The notes below the pieces were generated by a model. That model did not search any database. It was not told where the DNA came from and worked only from the letters and a program-made list of their open reading frames with translations. This document shows positions 61,692 through 64,000 of a DNA stretch of 64,000 nucleotides, piece after piece. The stretch comes from an uncultured Chloroflexia bacterium (GTDB lineage Bacteria; Chloroflexota; Limnocylindria; Limnocylindrales; CSP1-4): contig CAVVCZ010000004.1 in assembly GCA_963746845.1 (NCBI GenBank), forward strand, positions 512,001 through 576,000. The letters are read 5' to 3'. Numbering within the stretch: position 1 is the stretch's first letter; each line of letters opens with the position of its first letter. Position numbers and translations under genes: made by a program.

Positions 61692-61791
61692 CGCCGGCCG
61701 ATCGTCCGCTACAATCCACGCCCGACCACGATCGAACGACCGGCTTCGGCGCGCTCCTGCGGCGCCCAGGTCGCTCCAGGAGCCACCCCAC

Positions 61792-62349
61792 ATGATCAGC
61801 ACCGGCGAACTGAAGAAGGGTGTCGCCATCGAGCTCGACGGCGAGCTTTGGCAGATCCTCGACTACCACCACATCAAGATGGGCCGCGGCTCGGCCCAGG
61901 TCCGGATCACGCTCAGGAACATCAAGCGCGGGCAGACGGTCGAGCGCTCGTTCCAGGCGGGCACGAAGTGGCCGCGCGCGTCGATGGAGAAGCGGCCCGT
62001 CCAGTTCCTCTATCGCGACGACAGCGACTACCACTTCATGGACACCGACACGTACGACCAGTTCCACCTCACCGCGGACCAGCTCGGCGACGCGGCGCCG
62101 TACATGAAGGACGGGATGACGCTCGACCGGACGACCTACCAGGGCGAGACGATCGGCGTCGAGCTGCCGGTCACTGTCGATCTCGTCGTCGCCGACACCG
62201 AGCCCGGCTTTGCCGGCGACACCCAGACCGGCGCACGAAAGCCGGCGACGACCGAGACGGGCCTCGTCGTCACGGTGCCGATCTTTGTCGAGGCCGGCGA
62301 CACGATCCGCGTGGACACGCGGACCGGGGAGTACCAGACCCGGGTCTGA
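61792..62349 (+). CDS. efp: Elongation factor P
   Basis: HIKMGRGSAQV, QFLYRD, EPGFAGDT, KPATTETG, VDTRTGEY; TACAAT at 61710 and AGGAG RBS. Confidence 0.96.
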   Translation: MISTGELKKGVAIELDGELWQILDYHHIKMGRGSAQVRITLRNIKRGQTVERSFQAGTKWPRASMEKRPVQFLYRDDSDYHFMDTDTYDQFHLTADQLGDAAPYMKDGMTLDRTTYQGETIGVELPVTVDLVVADTEPGFAGDTQTGARKPATTETGLVVTVPIFVEAGDTIRVDTRTGEYQTRV

Positions 62350-62415
62350 GGGTGCCGGGCGGCCCGCCCCCGACGCCCGAGCGTCGCCCGGGTCTCGGAC
62401 GGCTACGATCCCGGC

Positions 62416-62943
62416 ATGACGCGCGGCGGCATCGACGCGATGCTCTACCTCCTGGACGAGGCGTTCCGTGGCGCCGGCATCGTGGCGAGCAACGAGAGCC
62501 AGGCCCTCATGCCCAACCTCCGCTCCGTGCCCGACGACGCGTGGCACACGGTCCCGGACGGCCTCTCGCGCTCGATCGAGGCGATTGCGGTCCACATCGG
62601 GGCGTGCAAGGTGATGTACGACGACTACGCATTCGGCTCGGCGAGCCTGCGGTTCGCGACGCCCGAGGTCGAGCCGTGGCATGCCGGTGAAGCAGAGATG
62701 GATGGTGTCCTGCCCTGGCTCGAGACGACCCACGACCGGCTCGCAGGCCACGTGGCGGCGCTCGCCGACGACGCCGAGCTGGATGCCCTGCGCCTCACGA
62801 ACTGGGGCGAGCGCCGCCCGACCCGCTGGATCGTGGCGGCGATGATCACCCACGACGCGTATCACGCCGGCGAGATCAACCACCTTCGGAGCCTCCTCGG
62901 CCCCGACGATCGCTGGCGCTTCCAACAGCTGGGGTTCGGCTGA
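62416..62943 (+). CDS. DinB-family protein
   Basis: SIEAIAVHIG, HDAYHAGEINHL. Confidence 0.85.
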   Translation: MTRGGIDAMLYLLDEAFRGAGIVASNESQALMPNLRSVPDDAWHTVPDGLSRSIEAIAVHIGACKVMYDDYAFGSASLRFATPEVEPWHAGEAEMDGVLPWLETTHDRLAGHVAALADDAELDALRLTNWGERRPTRWIVAAMITHDAYHAGEINHLRSLLGPDDRWRFQQLGFG

Positions 62944-63000
62944 TCGACCCGATCGCGACCGGTTTCGTGCGTTTCGACCCCGGCCGGCGTGTTTGAGGAT

Positions 63001-63492
63001 ATGACGACGCACGTGGCCATCGCCGACTCGACGGATCTCGCCTACGAGCACGCGTTCCGGCGTCACTGGTCGGACGTGTTCCGGTTCGCCCTCGCCTGGA
63101 CGAACGACTGGACCGCCGCGGAGGACCTCGCCCAGGAGGCGTTCCTCCGGTTGTGGGACCAGCGGCACCGGCTCGACTGGGAGCGGCCCGTGCTGCCGTG
63201 GCTGCTCGTCACGACCCGTCGCCTCGCGACGGACCGGTTCCGCACGCTCCGGCGGCGGATCCTGGTCCGCCCCGCGGAGCCGCCGGCCATCGACGCGGAC
63301 CCGTCGGCTCGCGTGCGCTGGCTCGACGTCCGCGCCGCCATGGATGACCTCTCATCGCTCGAACGAACCGCGCTCGTGATGACCGCGATCGAGGGAGCGA
63401 CCTACGAGGAGGCTGCCGCCGTCCTCGGAACGACGGCCGGAGCGCTCCGTGCCGCCGTCAGCCGCGCACGCACGAAGCTGGAGACCGCGTGA
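63001..63492 (+). CDS. ECF RNA polymerase sigma factor
   Basis: AEDLAQEAFLRLW, PWLLVTTRR, TYEEAAAVLG...VSRAR; alternative start at 62989. Confidence 0.9.
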   Translation: MTTHVAIADSTDLAYEHAFRRHWSDVFRFALAWTNDWTAAEDLAQEAFLRLWDQRHRLDWERPVLPWLLVTTRRLATDRFRTLRRRILVRPAEPPAIDADPSARVRWLDVRAAMDDLSSLERTALVMTAIEGATYEEAAAVLGTTAGALRAAVSRARTKLETA

Positions 63493-64000
63493 TGGAGCCC
63501 ACGTCGAAGAGCGATCGAGTCCTGGACGAATGGACCGCGTTGGCGAACACGGCGAAGCCGCCGGCAACCGCGCCGCGACCCGCGGGGAACCGCAGCTCGG
63601 GCTCGTTCCCGGGTTTGGTCGGGGCCGGCCTGCTGGCCGCCGCCCTGATCGTTGCCCTGGCCTGGCTCGGCGGCCGCACGACCGGCGTGGGCGCCGACCC
63701 GTCGCCGAGCTCGAGCGATGCCGCGGTCGTCGAGTCTCCGTCAGCGGAGCCGAGCGCGTCGCCAGAGCCGTCTCCGTCCCTCGTGCCGAGCGAGGCGCCG
63801 AGCCCGTCCGTCGAGCCCTCGGCGAGCACGGCCCCGAGCGCGACACCGGTCCCGACCGTGGGACCCTGCACGGCGAAGGACCTGACCGCCCGGATCACGT
63901 CGTGGGAGGGCGCCGCGGGCAATCGGATCGCCAGCGTGACGCTGACGAACGCCAGCAAGGCGAGCTGCCTCTTGACCAAGACGGCGACGCCGTTCCTCAT
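63492..64000 (+). CDS. Membrane protein with DUF4232-like extracellular domain, probable anti-sigma partner; truncated at the window end
   Basis: TGATG overlap with the sigma gene; short cytoplasmic part, TM, Pro/Ser linker, then PCTAKDL...EGAAGNRIASVTLTN...C. Not in the ORF track. Confidence 0.72.
   Translation, partial: MEPTSKSDRVLDEWTALANTAKPPATAPRPAGNRSSGSFPGLVGAGLLAAALIVALAWLGGRTTGVGADPSPSSSDAAVVESPSAEPSASPEPSPSLVPSEAPSPSVEPSASTAPSATPVPTVGPCTAKDLTARITSWEGAAGNRIASVTLTNASKASCLLTKTATPFL

Overview
Very GC-rich bacterial chromosome segment, mostly housekeeping genes on the + strand. Gene content and synteny suggest Chloroflexota, possibly Limnocylindria/Ellin6529-like (inference). Core genes: ftsH, ppa, thpR, tyrA-like, nfeD/SPFH, comM-dprA, topA-xerC, murJ-fem-fem-murE, rel, hisS, aspS, typA, iscS-mnmA, alaS (1-nt frameshift), ruvX-mltG, M24 peptidase, efp, an ECF sigma factor and one tRNA-Met(CAT). 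No prophage, transposase or CRISPR array is seen. Highlights: (1) an FtsA-like actin ATPase with no ftsZ nearby, paired with a membrane-anchored baseplate-J-like protein ahead of ruvX-mltG; (2) a caspase-family protease, missed by the ORF track, head-to-head with a Zn-ribbon/adenylate-cyclase/AAA/TPR protein whose stop codon lies inside the tRNA; (3) a stand-alone DnaB-motor-like ATPase followed by four DnaA-box-like motifs, a sigma70-type promoter and a ~185-nt self-closing structured RNA (6S-like candidate); (4) two copies of a palindromic 3'-UTR element with a shared core; (5) many apparently leaderless genes; (6) small overlooked proteins, including a Zn-ribbon protein with ERRxxDRR repeats and a 33-aa membrane peptide. 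All assignments come from reading motifs by eye; no database searches were run.
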